A DNA stretch of 64,000 bases, from the NCBI GenBank assembly GCA_040219255.1, contig JAVJSW010000046.1, positions 160,001 through 224,000 on the forward strand. Direction: 5' to 3'. Source of the DNA: Sumerlaeia bacterium. Its GTDB lineage: Bacteria; Sumerlaeota; Sumerlaeia; SLMS01; JAHLLQ01. How positions within the stretch are numbered: position 1 is the stretch's first letter; every line of letters starts with the position of its first letter. The position numbers and the translations under genes were made by a program. The notes under the pieces are model-generated. The model was not told the DNA's origin. It saw nothing but the letters and a program-made list of their open reading frames with translations, and did not search any database. Shown one piece after another: positions 19,484-29,487 of the stretch.

Positions 19484-21112
19484 ATGGCTATCCAGCGAGC
19501 GCTCATTTCCGTGAGCGACAAGACCGGCGTTGTCGAGTTCGCCCAGCGTCTGGCCGCGCAGAACATCCAGATCGTATCGACCGGCGGCACCGCCAAAGCG
19601 CTCCGCGAGGCGGGCCTGGTGGTGCGCGACGTGGCGGATTTGACCGGCTTCCCCGAGATGCTCGGCGGCCGCGTGAAGACACTTCACCCCATGGTGCACG
19701 GCGGTATTCTGGCCCGCCGCGACGACGAAACGCACATGGCCACCATCGCCGAGCACGGTATCAGCGCCATCGATCTGGTGGTGGTGAACCTCTACCCGTT
19801 CCAGCAGACAGTGCAGAAGCCGGGCGTGACCTTTGAGGAAGCCATTGAGCAGATCGATATCGGCGGGCCCACGATGCTGCGCTCCGCCGCCAAGAACATG
19901 GCCGCCGTCACCGTGGTCTGCGACCCGGAGGATTACCCCTTCGTGGCCGAGGAGATCGAGGAATCGGGCGACACGACGGAAGACACGCGGCAGCGCCTCG
20001 CCGCGAAAGTTTTCGCCACCATGGCGGCCTATGAAGGTTCCATCACGAGCTATCTCTCGAAGTTCCTGCGCGAGAAGGACGGCGACGATGACGACGCCAT
20101 TCAATTGGTGACCCGCAAACCCCGCAACGGCGAGGACGAGGACGACACGAAAGGCTTCGAGCCGATCCTGATGAAGGCGTTCCGCCGCGAAAAGGTGCTG
20201 CGCTATGGCGAAAACCCGCACCAGGCCGCGGCGTTCTACAGCGACCCAACGGTGAACGAAACGAGCCTGGCGAACGCCCGTCAGCTTTCCGGCAAAGAGC
20301 TGAGCTACAACAACTTCCTCGATGCCGAAGGAGCCCTGGAAGCGGTGCGGGACCTGGCGGACCTGGCGCCCGCGGCCTGTGTGATCGTCAAGCACTCGAC
20401 GCCCTGCGGCATGGCCATCGGCGCGACGCCGCTGGAGGCCTACGAAAAGGCCCTCGCCACCGATCCCGATTCGGCGTTCGGCGGCATCGTGGCGTTTTCC
20501 TGCGAGGTGGACGAGGCGACGGCGGAGAAGATGGCCGAGCACTTCCTGGAAGTCGTCATCGCCCCCGCCTGGAAAACCGGTGCGGTGGAGTTTCTGGCGC
20601 TGAAGAAAAAGAACTTACGCCTGATGGAAACCGGACCCTTCACGGCCAAAGGCCCGCTGCGGCTCGTTCGCGGGATTGTGGGCGGGGCGCTCGTCATGGA
20701 GCGAGACATGGGCACGCTGAACCTGAGCGAACTCAAGGTGGTGACGGAAACGAAACCGAGCGAGGAAGACCTGAAGGGGCTGCTGTTCGCCTGGCGCTGC
20801 GTCAAGTGGGTGAAGAGCAACGCCATCGTGTACACCGATCACGACTCGACCATCGGCATCGGCGGCGGCCAGACGAGCCGGGTGAACGCCGCGCGCTTCG
20901 GTGCGCAGACGGCCCGGCGGTCGCTCGAGGGTGCTTTCATGGGCAGCGACGCGTTCTTCCCCTTCCGCGACAACATCGACGAAGCCGCCAAACAGGGTAT
21001 CCGCGCCATTATCCAGCCTGGGGGCTCGATCCGTGATGAGGAAGTGATCGCCGCCTGCAACGAGCATGGCATCGCCATGGTGTTCACGGGGATGCGGCAT
21101 TTCCGGCATTAG
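19484..21112 (+). CDS. purH: Bifunctional AICAR transformylase/IMP cyclohydrolase
   Basis: [50 protein letters not shown] and RHFRH C-terminus. Confidence 0.98.
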   Translation: MAIQRALISVSDKTGVVEFAQRLAAQNIQIVSTGGTAKALREAGLVVRDVADLTGFPEMLGGRVKTLHPMVHGGILARRDDETHMATIAEHGISAIDLVVVNLYPFQQTVQKPGVTFEEAIEQIDIGGPTMLRSAAKNMAAVTVVCDPEDYPFVAEEIEESGDTTEDTRQRLAAKVFATMAAYEGSITSYLSKFLREKDGDDDDAIQLVTRKPRNGEDEDDTKGFEPILMKAFRREKVLRYGENPHQAAAFYSDPTVNETSLANARQLSGKELSYNNFLDAEGALEAVRDLADLAPAACVIVKHSTPCGMAIGATPLEAYEKALATDPDSAFGGIVAFSCEVDEATAEKMAEHFLEVVIAPAWKTGAVEFLALKKKNLRLMETGPFTAKGPLRLVRGIVGGALVMERDMGTLNLSELKVVTETKPSEEDLKGLLFAWRCVKWVKSNAIVYTDHDSTIGIGGGQTSRVNAARFGAQTARRSLEGAFMGSDAFFPFRDNIDEAAKQGIRAIIQPGGSIRDEEVIAACNEHGIAMVFTGMRHFRH

Positions 21113-21152
21113 GCGGCGTGCGGGGTGCCCGCAGTGCCGCCTTATCCTTCAA

Positions 21153-21185
21153 GAATTCACCACAGAGGCACAGAGGACACAGAGA
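21153..21185 (+). repeat. REP-like repeat, copy 2
   Basis: gaattcaccacagaggcacagaggacacagaga. Confidence 0.75.
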
Positions 21186-21467
21186 TGCTTCGTGCTCTTG
21201 AAGTTGAGGTGAATTATGGGTAAGCGCCAGTCCTTGGTCGGGTGACTTGACAAGGAAACCCGTTCTTGCAGGAGAAGGACGGAAGATGAGGTGGAAGCCT
21301 GAAGTATTGCGGGTGTTTTGTGGGTTTTTGAAAAATGCCAAAAACCCACGCCGAAGGAGCAACGTGTTTATTTCATTGGTCTTAGCAAACTCATGGATGA
21401 CTTTGCTCACTCAGGTTTGGCAGGCTCTTTGAAATCTCTGTGGTCGAAGGCGGTGGGACGACGAACG

Positions 21468-22580
21468 TCAGGTCGGCGGGTCCCATTGCAGGACGCTGAG
21501 ATTCGTCTCGAATTCATAGACGACTTCGCCCCGCTCGTCTCGAATCTGGATGGTGATGGGCGGGTCCGGTTGGTCCCAGCCGATGGTGATCAGGCCGAAG
21601 TTGTTGCCCCGATAGAAGCCTTCCGAAAGGCGGGATTCGTTGGGCTCTTTCCAGTCCTGCGCCTGCCAATGCTCCGACGTGTTGGCCATGGGGCTGGCGG
21701 TGACGTCGATCAGGGGATAGAGCGGCCCCCACTGGCGCGCCGAAATTTCGGCGAAGTTGCGGTCGCCGCTCAGGAACATGACGCCGTCGATGCCGTTCAT
21801 GCCGATGTATTCAATGAGGCGAAAGCGGGCGAACTCGTACTGTTTGCCCCAGCGCTCGAAGCGATGGAGGTCGGAAACGAACTGGATGGAGGAGGCGACG
21901 AACTTGATTTTGGCGTCGTTGGATTTTAGCTCGTTTTCCAGCCAGGTGAACTGCTTGGGTCCGAGGATCGCTTTGTTGCGCCCATCGGGCCGGCCCGTGC
22001 GGTCGCGGTTGTAGCGGGTGTCGAGCAGGATAAACGCGACATCGCCAAAGGTATGGCTGCTGTGGACACCGCCTTCGGGAAAGCGCGTTTTGCCTTCCAC
22101 CTCGTCCTCGGCGTGGTCCTGGTGGCCATAGTTCTCGGCGGGCATGGGCCAGAATTCGCGGAAGATGGCGGCCGATTCCTCGCGCATCCGATATTCTTTA
22201 CCGGCGTCGTTCTGGCCGTAATCGTGGTCGTTCCAGGTGGCGAGAACGGTGGCTTGCTGGAGGAGCTTCTGGAAGCCCTCCTGCGCGGCGAGGCGGGCGT
22301 AGGCTTCACGCATTACCGACGGGTTCATCGTGTCGGCGAAGACATTGTCGCCCAGGAAAACGAACACGTCCGGTTCGGCGGCCAAGATGGCTTGCCAGAT
22401 GGGTAGCTCGCCGGTGCTGGGATCGATGCGCAGGCCCGACCCGAAGGCGATGCGCGACGGCGTGGTGGTCAGGCGGTCGTTCTGAAGGGCGAAGGGCTGG
22501 GCTTCGGCGGCGCGGGTGCTTGCCGCCGGAAGGGCGGTGGCGGCAAGGAGCAGCAGGAGCAAAAAGTTTCGAAACGTCAT
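21468..22580 (-). CDS. Secreted PhoD (alkaline phosphatase D) family protein with altered metal ligands
   Basis: Signal peptide; LGDN, W.DHDYG.ND, LLDTR, LG.KQ..WL and LSGDR motifs. Confidence 0.88.
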   Translation of the reverse strand: MTFRNFLLLLLLAATALPAASTRAAEAQPFALQNDRLTTTPSRIAFGSGLRIDPSTGELPIWQAILAAEPDVFVFLGDNVFADTMNPSVMREAYARLAAQEGFQKLLQQATVLATWNDHDYGQNDAGKEYRMREESAAIFREFWPMPAENYGHQDHAEDEVEGKTRFPEGGVHSSHTFGDVAFILLDTRYNRDRTGRPDGRNKAILGPKQFTWLENELKSNDAKIKFVASSIQFVSDLHRFERWGKQYEFARFRLIEYIGMNGIDGVMFLSGDRNFAEISARQWGPLYPLIDVTASPMANTSEHWQAQDWKEPNESRLSEGFYRGNNFGLITIGWDQPDPPITIQIRDERGEVVYEFETNLSVLQWDPPT

Positions 22581-22825
22581 CGTGGTTTCTTCTTTCCCCG
22601 ATTGGCGAAACGGGCGGCGAGGTCTTCGGCGTTGCCGGCCGAGGCGGCCCGCCAGTTCTTCTTGTAGAGCGGGCAGGGGCGGGCGTCGCGGTACTGTGGG
22701 TCAGGCTTTTCCGGATGGGCGCAATCGCACGGATGGGAACCGATCGGCGGGGTGCCTTTGGCTTCCGGATTGGCGGGGGCGTTCCAATACGCGCAATCGG
22801 TCAGGTGGCAGGAAACTCGGATCAT
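22577..22825 (-). CDS. Small Cys-rich hypothetical protein
   Basis: 82 aa with C-x4-C...CxC...CP; ATGA overlap with the phoD-like gene. Confidence 0.6.
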   Translation of the reverse strand: MIRVSCHLTDCAYWNAPANPEAKGTPPIGSHPCDCAHPEKPDPQYRDARPCPLYKKNWRAASAGNAEDLAARFANRGKKKPR

Positions 22826-22879
22826 GGACGGTCCAGAGGGGAGTTTGATCGGCCGCGCGACTCGCGGGAGCGGGGACCC

Positions 22880-24043
22880 TTACATGGGCGTTCCCCAGGT
22901 CGCAACGTCGTTGTAGAGTTTGACCATCCGCTTTGCCGTTTCGTTCCAATCGAAGCGGGTGGCCTGCTCCAGGCCTCTTTCGCGCCACTCGACGCGGGCC
23001 TCGGGATCGAAGACGAGGGGCAGGGCCGCGTCCGCCCAGGCCTCGGGCGAGTCCGCGGCGGGATGGATGGCGGCGTCTCCGGCCACCTGGCGCAGAGCGG
23101 TCTCGCGCCCGCAAACCACCGGCGCGCCGCAGGCCATGGCCTCGAGCACGGGAAAGCCGAAGCCCTCGTGTTCGCTGGTGAACAAGACACAGGACGCGCC
23201 GGTATAGAGCCCGGCCAGTTCTTTGTCCGGCATGTGGGGGAGCAGGAGGACCTTTCGATGCAGGTGGGGGCGGTCCCTCAACTCGCGCGGGGCCTTGTTG
23301 GCGCAGCCCAGCAGCGCCAGCGGCGGCATCCGGCGGTCGCGCTTCAGCAGTTCGTCGTAGGCGTCCAGCAGCAGGCCGGTGCGTTTGCGGGGGGCGTGGC
23401 TGGTGACGCCCAGGATATAGTGTTTGCTGTGGATGCCGGCCCGGTTGCGGGCCATGATGGCGAACTGCTCGCCAGAGGGCTGGAACAGGTCCCGATCCAC
23501 GCCCCAGGGAATGGCCACGACTTTATCGGGCGAGACGCCATAGCGCCGGATGACATCGCGGCGGACGAAATCGCTGGGCGTGTGGATGGCGTCGACTTCC
23601 GGCAGGACCCGCTCGAACGTCTCGGCGAAGTAGGCGCCGCCAAGTTTGTCCCGATCCGGCGTCTTCTCGTTCAGGAAGGCCAGATCGTGGACCGTAACGA
23701 CGCGGCGGACTTTCGCCGCGGGCGGAACGTAGGAGGCGGGAGCGTGGAAGAGCTGGACGTCATCGCCAAGCAGCGCCTCCACGGCGGGGCCGGTGCCATT
23801 GCGCCAGGACTCGACGAGCCCCGGGCCCGGCCGCAGACGGCGCTCGACGCGAACCGCGGGGCGGTTCTTCAGGAAGTCGTGCTCAGGGCCGAGGCGCCGC
23901 GTCAGCGACGTAGCCAGCACCCGCCATTGCAGGCCCTCGTCTTCCCGTTGCACCATGGCCCTCAGCAGGGCCAGAGCGCTGCGCCCGACGCCGGTGCGGG
24001 GTGCGAGCGTGCTGGAGGCATCGTAACCGGCGATCAGGCTCAT
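22880..24043 (-). CDS. Glycosyltransferase family 4 (MtfB-like)
   Basis: TGVGR, VTVHDL and EGFGFPVLEAMACGAPV motifs. Confidence 0.92.
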   Translation of the reverse strand: MSLIAGYDASSTLAPRTGVGRSALALLRAMVQREDEGLQWRVLATSLTRRLGPEHDFLKNRPAVRVERRLRPGPGLVESWRNGTGPAVEALLGDDVQLFHAPASYVPPAAKVRRVVTVHDLAFLNEKTPDRDKLGGAYFAETFERVLPEVDAIHTPSDFVRRDVIRRYGVSPDKVVAIPWGVDRDLFQPSGEQFAIMARNRAGIHSKHYILGVTSHAPRKRTGLLLDAYDELLKRDRRMPPLALLGCANKAPRELRDRPHLHRKVLLLPHMPDKELAGLYTGASCVLFTSEHEGFGFPVLEAMACGAPVVCGRETALRQVAGDAAIHPAADSPEAWADAALPLVFDPEARVEWRERGLEQATRFDWNETAKRMVKLYNDVATWGTPM

Positions 24044-24055
24044 GAGCGAGCCCCG

Positions 24056-24622
24056 TCAGTTGGCACGTTCGACGTAGGAGCCGGATTCGGTGTTCACGAC
24101 CACTTTGTCGCCGATCTTGATGAAGGGGGGAACCTGGACCACGTAGCCGTTGCTCAGCGTGGCGTCCTTGGTGATGGCGTTGGCGGTGTTGCCCTTCACG
24201 GCGTCGATGGTGTCGGCGACTTCGAAAATCACCTTCGCGGGCAGTTCGATGGAGATCGGCTTGCCTTCCCAATAGGCGGCGATGACTTCCATGTCGGGAA
24301 CCAGGAAGTTGACGCTTTGGCCGAGGAAATCCTCGTTGAGGTCGAACTGCTCGAAGGTCGTCAAGTCCATGAAATGGTAGCCGTCCGGATCGCTGTAAAG
24401 GAACTGGGCGGTGCGCTTTTCGAAGTCGGCGATTTCGAGCATTTCGCCGATCTTGAAGTTGCGCTCGAGCACGCGGCCGTCCTTGAGGTTCTTCATCTTG
24501 ATCGTCACGAAAGCCTGGCCTTTGCCCGGCTTGGTGTGGGCGAAGTAAACGACCTCGTAAATCGAGCCGTCCATGACGAGCTTGGTGCCGTTGCGGACTT
24601 TGGCGGGTTCTATCGGTGGCAT
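24056..24622 (-). CDS. efp: Elongation factor P
   Basis: KPGKGQAFV loop, FMD..TFEQ, KGNTA, VPPFI..GD...VNT..G.YVER. Confidence 0.97.
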   Translation of the reverse strand: MPPIEPAKVRNGTKLVMDGSIYEVVYFAHTKPGKGQAFVTIKMKNLKDGRVLERNFKIGEMLEIADFEKRTAQFLYSDPDGYHFMDLTTFEQFDLNEDFLGQSVNFLVPDMEVIAAYWEGKPISIELPAKVIFEVADTIDAVKGNTANAITKDATLSNGYVVQVPPFIKIGDKVVVNTESGSYVERAN

Positions 24623-24703
24623 CGGTGCGGTACACCTCTCTCTTGCGTTATGGCGGATTTCGTCGAGACTCGCGGCGTCACGGAGGGCCGCGCGACGCCC
24701 GCA

Positions 24704-24731
24704 ACCGTAGGGGTTGCGTTTCGCGCGTCAA
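24704..24731 (-). promoter_or_regulatory. Putative sigma70 promoter for efp
   Basis: Minus-strand TTGACG-N16-TACGGT. Confidence 0.35.
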
Positions 24732-24780
24732 GGCCACTCCGGAGCCCTTGCCTGCGGGGACCTTTCCCAAACCATCGCCA

Positions 24781-25320
24781 ATGCCTGAGTCCTATTTGTC
24801 CTTTCGCCGCGCCGAGCGCGAGTGCCTCCTTTGCGGCAAGACCCTCGAGGACCTGGGCCGCCATCCCTCCGTCTTGCGCTTTTCCGAGAAGGAGGAAGCC
24901 CTGCGCATGGACTTCTGTCCCGAGTGCTGGGAGAAAAAGGCCGAGCAGGATTATTTCGGCTTCTGGCTGACCCGGCGTATCGAAAAGGCCCACACCGCCG
25001 AGGGCCGCAAACTCGCCCGCGAGGAGCGCAACGCCGCCCTCTGGTCCCTGTTCGCCGCCCTCCACTCGGAAAGCGACCCGGCCCTCGCGCCCCAGGTGTT
25101 TCTGCTGGCCCATCTGCTGATGCGCTATCGGGTCCTGACGTATCAGAAGGTCACACGCGACGGGCTCTTGCAGTTCTACCATTCGCCCACGCGCGAAATC
25201 TACGAGGTCGCCGACATGGCCCTGGAGGACGCGGTCGCCTTCGCCGAGGCGAGGGAGACGATCGAGGCGCGGCTGCGCGAAACGGCCTCCGGGGAGGCGG
25301 CGGAATCGCTGGAGAGTTAG
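24781..25320 (+). CDS. Hypothetical protein with putative Zn ribbon
   Basis: CLLC...CPEC pairs; host-like codon usage. Confidence 0.7.
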   Translation: MPESYLSFRRAERECLLCGKTLEDLGRHPSVLRFSEKEEALRMDFCPECWEKKAEQDYFGFWLTRRIEKAHTAEGRKLAREERNAALWSLFAALHSESDPALAPQVFLLAHLLMRYRVLTYQKVTRDGLLQFYHSPTREIYEVADMALEDAVAFAEARETIEARLRETASGEAAESLES

Positions 25321-25868
25321 CGCGCCGCCGGCATCAGATGCGCCACATCCCGGGTGCCGAGGTTCTCGCCATCGGCGGCGTGCAGGGTCAGTTCACCCGA
25401 CTCGGAAAGACGCAGTTCACCCAGTAGTGCGCCCCGCGCATCGCGCATTTCCATACGCGAGTCATCGATCCTGACCAGCGTGGCTGAGTCGCTGGTGCCA
25501 TCGGGGCGGGCGAACGTCAGCAGCGCGGACTCGCCATTCTCCGCGGGGATCAGGGTGATGCGGGTGCCGTCGTCGCTTTCGACGGAGCTGATAGTGAGGC
25601 TTTCGCCGGTCCAGAACTCGATCAGGTTGAAGATGATGGCGTCGCCGAGTTGGGCGAATCCATACACCGGCAGAAAGATGAAGACCCAGAAAATCAGGCT
25701 CTGGACAATCTTGTTGTCGGAAACTTCGCCGTTGAAATTGTAAACGGCTTTGGTGAGCGGGAAATTGCCATAGCAGCCGGACAGGGCGGGGAGGGTGGCG
25801 GCGAGCAGCAAAACGGCCAGGGCGCGAGCGGCGCGCTGGCGCAGGAAGAATCGAAGGCGGGCGGTCAT
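25317..25868 (-). CDS. DUF3332 family lipoprotein
   Basis: LSGC lipobox, then CYGNFPLT..VY.FN...PVYG....D..IFN.IEFWTG. Confidence 0.8.
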   Translation of the reverse strand: MTARLRFFLRQRAARALAVLLLAATLPALSGCYGNFPLTKAVYNFNGEVSDNKIVQSLIFWVFIFLPVYGFAQLGDAIIFNLIEFWTGESLTISSVESDDGTRITLIPAENGESALLTFARPDGTSDSATLVRIDDSRMEMRDARGALLGELRLSESGELTLHAADGENLGTRDVAHLMPAAR

Positions 25869-26008
25869 CGGGGATGGCTCCTTGGGAAATGATCTGGGAC
25901 TGAGGGAAGATGCGATGCGAGAGATGTGCCTTGATTCGCCGAGTTGGCTCGGATTTTTCTTCCAAGGACCCCAGCGATTCCCGCGATTCGATTGGAAAGA
26001 GTGACGTT

Positions 26009-27091
26009 ATGACAAATAGGGCCCTCGCGGCGACCATCCTCCTGACCGGCCTGGCGGCCTTCCCCGCCGCCGGCGGTGCCCAAACCACGGAAACGGCGCG
26101 GTTGGAAACGGATGACGCGCCCTCGACCCGCACGGTTTATTCGCTGCTGACGACGAACCCCAGCCTGGAGCGCTTCTCCGGGATGCTGAGAGACCGTGGC
26201 GTCCTGTCCCTGATGACGCCGGACAAGTCCTACACGGTCTTCGCCCCGAGCAATCAGGCTTTCGAGGAGTTGACCGACGACCTTGAGCGCCGTCTGCAGG
26301 ACGATAACGAGATGCTCGACAGCATCCTGAAGTATCACATCGTGGCCGAGGAGCCGATCCCCACCAATTCCGTCGGGCTGGACACGATCCAGGGCTCGCA
26401 ACTGGCCATTGGCATGCACGTCGTCGTGAATGGCGAAGTGGCCCAGGAACGCATCGAAGCCGACGACGGCGTGATCTACGTTCTGGACGCGGTGCTGATG
26501 CCCCCTTCCTCGCTCAATCGGCTGACGGAGGACGGCGAGGCGGACACCGGCCGCACGACGGCCACGGAAACGATGGAAAACCCAGTGGTGCAGAAGGCCC
26601 TGGAGAGCCAGGAACCCGCCGTGGCGACGCCCGAACCGACGCCCAAGCTTTCGGAAATCCTGGCCAACCGGAAAGACTACTCGACCTTCAACCGGATTCT
26701 GCGGGCTTCGGGCATCGAGGAAGCCCTCGCCTCGAAGGGCCCCTTCACGGTTTTCGCGCCGATCAACGAGGCGTTTCAGCACCTGGACGAGGGCGAACTG
26801 GTGGACCTCCTGTCGAACTCCGCGGCGCTCCAGCAAACCGTCCTCTTCCATGTGGCCCCCGATCGTTACGCCCTCCAAGACTTGGCCAAGCTGGAGAATG
26901 TGCAAACCCTGCAAGGCCAGCAATTGGCCATCGGCACCTCGGAAGCTGGCCTCATGATCGGCAACGCGCTCGTCGTGAGGAGCGATGTGAAAGCCGAAAA
27001 CGGCGTTCTCCACGCCATCGACCGCCTCCTGCTTCCGAACCTGCCAAAGTCGGAGGCGCTGGAGGAAGCGGCACAACCGGATACGAACTGA
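26009..27091 (+). CDS. Secreted fasciclin (two FAS1 domains) protein
   Basis: Two copies of TVFAP.N.AF ... (Y/F)H(I/V) ... GV....D..L.P; signal peptide. Confidence 0.92.
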   Translation: MTNRALAATILLTGLAAFPAAGGAQTTETARLETDDAPSTRTVYSLLTTNPSLERFSGMLRDRGVLSLMTPDKSYTVFAPSNQAFEELTDDLERRLQDDNEMLDSILKYHIVAEEPIPTNSVGLDTIQGSQLAIGMHVVVNGEVAQERIEADDGVIYVLDAVLMPPSSLNRLTEDGEADTGRTTATETMENPVVQKALESQEPAVATPEPTPKLSEILANRKDYSTFNRILRASGIEEALASKGPFTVFAPINEAFQHLDEGELVDLLSNSAALQQTVLFHVAPDRYALQDLAKLENVQTLQGQQLAIGTSEAGLMIGNALVVRSDVKAENGVLHAIDRLLLPNLPKSEALEEAAQPDTN

Positions 27092-27213
27092 CGCCGGCTT
27101 CGCGGGGCGGTTCGCCTTTGGAGCGCTCGGCCCATCACCCGCTAGCCCTTGCGGCCCGGTGGCTTCGTCGTCGATGAAGCCGGTCAGTACCCGCTGCGAG
27201 AGAGCTACCCGCC

Positions 27214-28122
27214 TTGGATCAACCGCCCGCCATCACCGTCGTCATTCCCGTTCGCAACGGGCGGCGTACGCTGGAGAAGGCCCTTCAAGCCCTCAGGCTC
27301 CAGACGTGGCCGGCGGAGCGGCTGGACGTTCTCGTGGTGGACAATGGCTCCACCGACGGCAGTGGCGACTTGGCGCGGTCTCTGGGCGCCAGGGTGGTGG
27401 AGTGCCCGGAGCCGGGTGTGGCTCGGGCGCGAGATTTAGGGTGGCGTTCGGCGCAGACCCCGCTCGTGGCCTTCCTCGATTGCGACTGCGAACCGCCGGA
27501 AGGCTGGCTCGACCGCGCCGCGGAGGCCTTGCTGGCGGGGGAGAAGACGGGCGCCGTGGGCGTGCGGCTCGTCCCGGGCGAGGGCCGCACCCTCGCCGAA
27601 GAGCACATCATCCGCTCCGGTTTTCTCGACACCGATTTTTTCGCTCAGAAGCACGCGATCTCGCACCCGTTCCTGGTGACCGCCGGGATTGTTCTGCGGC
27701 GCGAGGCGCTGGAAGCGGTCGATGGGTTCGATCTGAGCTTCGGCCGCGCCACGGGCGAGGACGCGGATCTCTGCTGGCGCCTGGAAGACGCGGGCTGGGC
27801 GTGCCACTACTTACCGGAAATCGAGGTGGTGCACCACCACCGGGCGACGCTGCGGGCGATGCTTAACCAGGTCTACTGGTACGGTTGGGGCACCGCCGAG
27901 GTATTCGCGCGCCATCGCAGGCGCTTCGGCTTCGGCTGGTTCTACGATCCAACTCCGTACCGCCGGCTCGTGCGCGGCGTGGTCAGGGCGCCGTTGGCCT
28001 GGCTGCGGAGTGACCGGTCCCGATACGAGCGGTTGGCGCCCGGGCTGGAAGCGCTCGACGCCTCGGCGTTCCTTCTGGGAAAAGCGCGGGGCGCGGTGCG
28101 AAACCGGATCGTTTTTTTCTAG
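27214..28122 (+). CDS. Glycosyltransferase family 2
   Basis: VVIPVRN, VVDNGSTD, FLDCD, GFD..F...GED.DLCWR motifs. Confidence 0.9.
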   Translation: MDQPPAITVVIPVRNGRRTLEKALQALRLQTWPAERLDVLVVDNGSTDGSGDLARSLGARVVECPEPGVARARDLGWRSAQTPLVAFLDCDCEPPEGWLDRAAEALLAGEKTGAVGVRLVPGEGRTLAEEHIIRSGFLDTDFFAQKHAISHPFLVTAGIVLRREALEAVDGFDLSFGRATGEDADLCWRLEDAGWACHYLPEIEVVHHHRATLRAMLNQVYWYGWGTAEVFARHRRRFGFGWFYDPTPYRRLVRGVVRAPLAWLRSDRSRYERLAPGLEALDASAFLLGKARGAVRNRIVFF

Positions 28123-28194
28123 GGCAGGGATTGAATAAGCCCGCGCTGCACCGGTAGAGTGGGCGAGTAAATCTACTCAGGAGAGAAAAAACAG

Positions 28195-28389
28195 ATGGTT
28201 TTCGGAATCGACTTCCTCGGCGGTGGCATCATCGCCTTCATCCACTTCATCATCTGGGCCGTGGTCATGTACCAGATTATCACATGCCCCAGAAGCCTCT
28301 TGTATAAGGTCCTCTGGGGCGTGGGATCGTTCGTCTTGCCGTGCTTAGGGCCGCTTCTCTGGTTCTTGTTCGGCGAGAAGAAAGCCTAA
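28195..28389 (+). CDS. PLDc_N-type small membrane protein
   Basis: K.LW......P.LG.LLW..FG signature; strong RBS aggag; TTGAAT-N18-TAGAGT promoter-like sequence at 28131-28160. Confidence 0.75.
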   Translation: MVFGIDFLGGGIIAFIHFIIWAVVMYQIITCPRSLLYKVLWGVGSFVLPCLGPLLWFLFGEKKA

Positions 28390-28403
28390 GCGGGGACTGG
28401 CCT

Positions 28404-29378
28404 TCAAGCGAGCGTGCGGGGTCCGGCGACATCGCCGACGTGCGGGAAGCTCTTGATGGCCAGAGCCTTGTCGATCTTTTCGAGCGCCATGCGGCGCTTC
28501 TCGTCTTCCAACTGATCCATCGTGACCAGGGGAAGGCGGATTTTGCTGTCCAGGATGTGGTGCAGTGGAATGGGGTTTTTGACGGAGAAGGTGGCCTGGA
28601 CGCAAGGCATCAGGGCTTCCTGAAGTTCGCGTGCCTTGTCCATTTCACCGGCCAGCGCCAGGTTGCAAAGCGTTTGGAATTCGCCAGGCCATACGTTGGC
28701 GGTGGCGCTGATGACGCCCTGGCCGCCCATGGCGATGATGTCGGCGACCATGTGATCCTCACCGCTGACGACAGCGAACTGCTCGCGGTCGGTGCCGTCG
28801 AGGATCTGCTTGATCTGCTCGATGTTGCCGCTGGCTTCTTTCACGCCAATGATGGCGGGGTGCTTTGCCAGTTCGATGGCGGTGGCCGCTTCGATGTTGC
28901 TGTTGGTGCGGCTGGGCACATTGTAGAGGATCACCGAGGATTCGAACTCGGCGGCCACATCGGCGACTTTCTTGTAATGCGCCAAGAGGCCTTCCTGCGG
29001 CGGGTTGTTGTAATACCCGGTGACGTGCAGGAGGGCATCCACCTTGCCTTCGAGGAGGATGCGGCGGCTGAGGTCGAGCGCTTCGTGGGTCGAGTTGCTG
29101 CCGGCGCTGGCGATGATCTGGATCTCGCGGCCCTGGCCAGCGGCGTAGCCGCGGGCGTAAATCGCCCCTTCGACGACGACCTTGACGTGCTCTTCATGGG
29201 TGAGGGTGGCGCTCTGGCCGGTGGTGCCGGCGATCAGAACTCCACTGACCCCCGCGTCGACGACCTGGGCGATGACTTGGTGGAATTTGTCGATATCGAC
29301 AACGATCTGCCCCTCCTCTTCCATCATGGGTGTGATGAGAGCGGGGTAGCAGCCTCGCAAGTCTTTTGCTTTTAGCAT
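28404..29378 (-). CDS. dapA: 4-hydroxy-tetrahydrodipicolinate synthase
   Basis: ALITP, GTTGQS, GSNST, LYNVPSRT, GVKEAS and SGED motifs. Confidence 0.93.
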   Translation of the reverse strand: MLKAKDLRGCYPALITPMMEEEGQIVVDIDKFHQVIAQVVDAGVSGVLIAGTTGQSATLTHEEHVKVVVEGAIYARGYAAGQGREIQIIASAGSNSTHEALDLSRRILLEGKVDALLHVTGYYNNPPQEGLLAHYKKVADVAAEFESSVILYNVPSRTNSNIEAATAIELAKHPAIIGVKEASGNIEQIKQILDGTDREQFAVVSGEDHMVADIIAMGGQGVISATANVWPGEFQTLCNLALAGEMDKARELQEALMPCVQATFSVKNPIPLHHILDSKIRLPLVTMDQLEDEKRRMALEKIDKALAIKSFPHVGDVAGPRTLA

Positions 29379-29487
29379 AGAACCTTTTCCGTTGTTGGTG
29401 GTGCTGGCGATTGCCAACGCTATCCATGATATACTGTGGAGCGTCCCGACCCGTCAAGGCCCTTGCTGATCATAAACCGGATGAGGT

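Noticed and set aside
19113-21185. CACAGAG repeats as a CRISPR array
   Set aside because: Copies are kilobases apart, with no regular spacers and no cas genes
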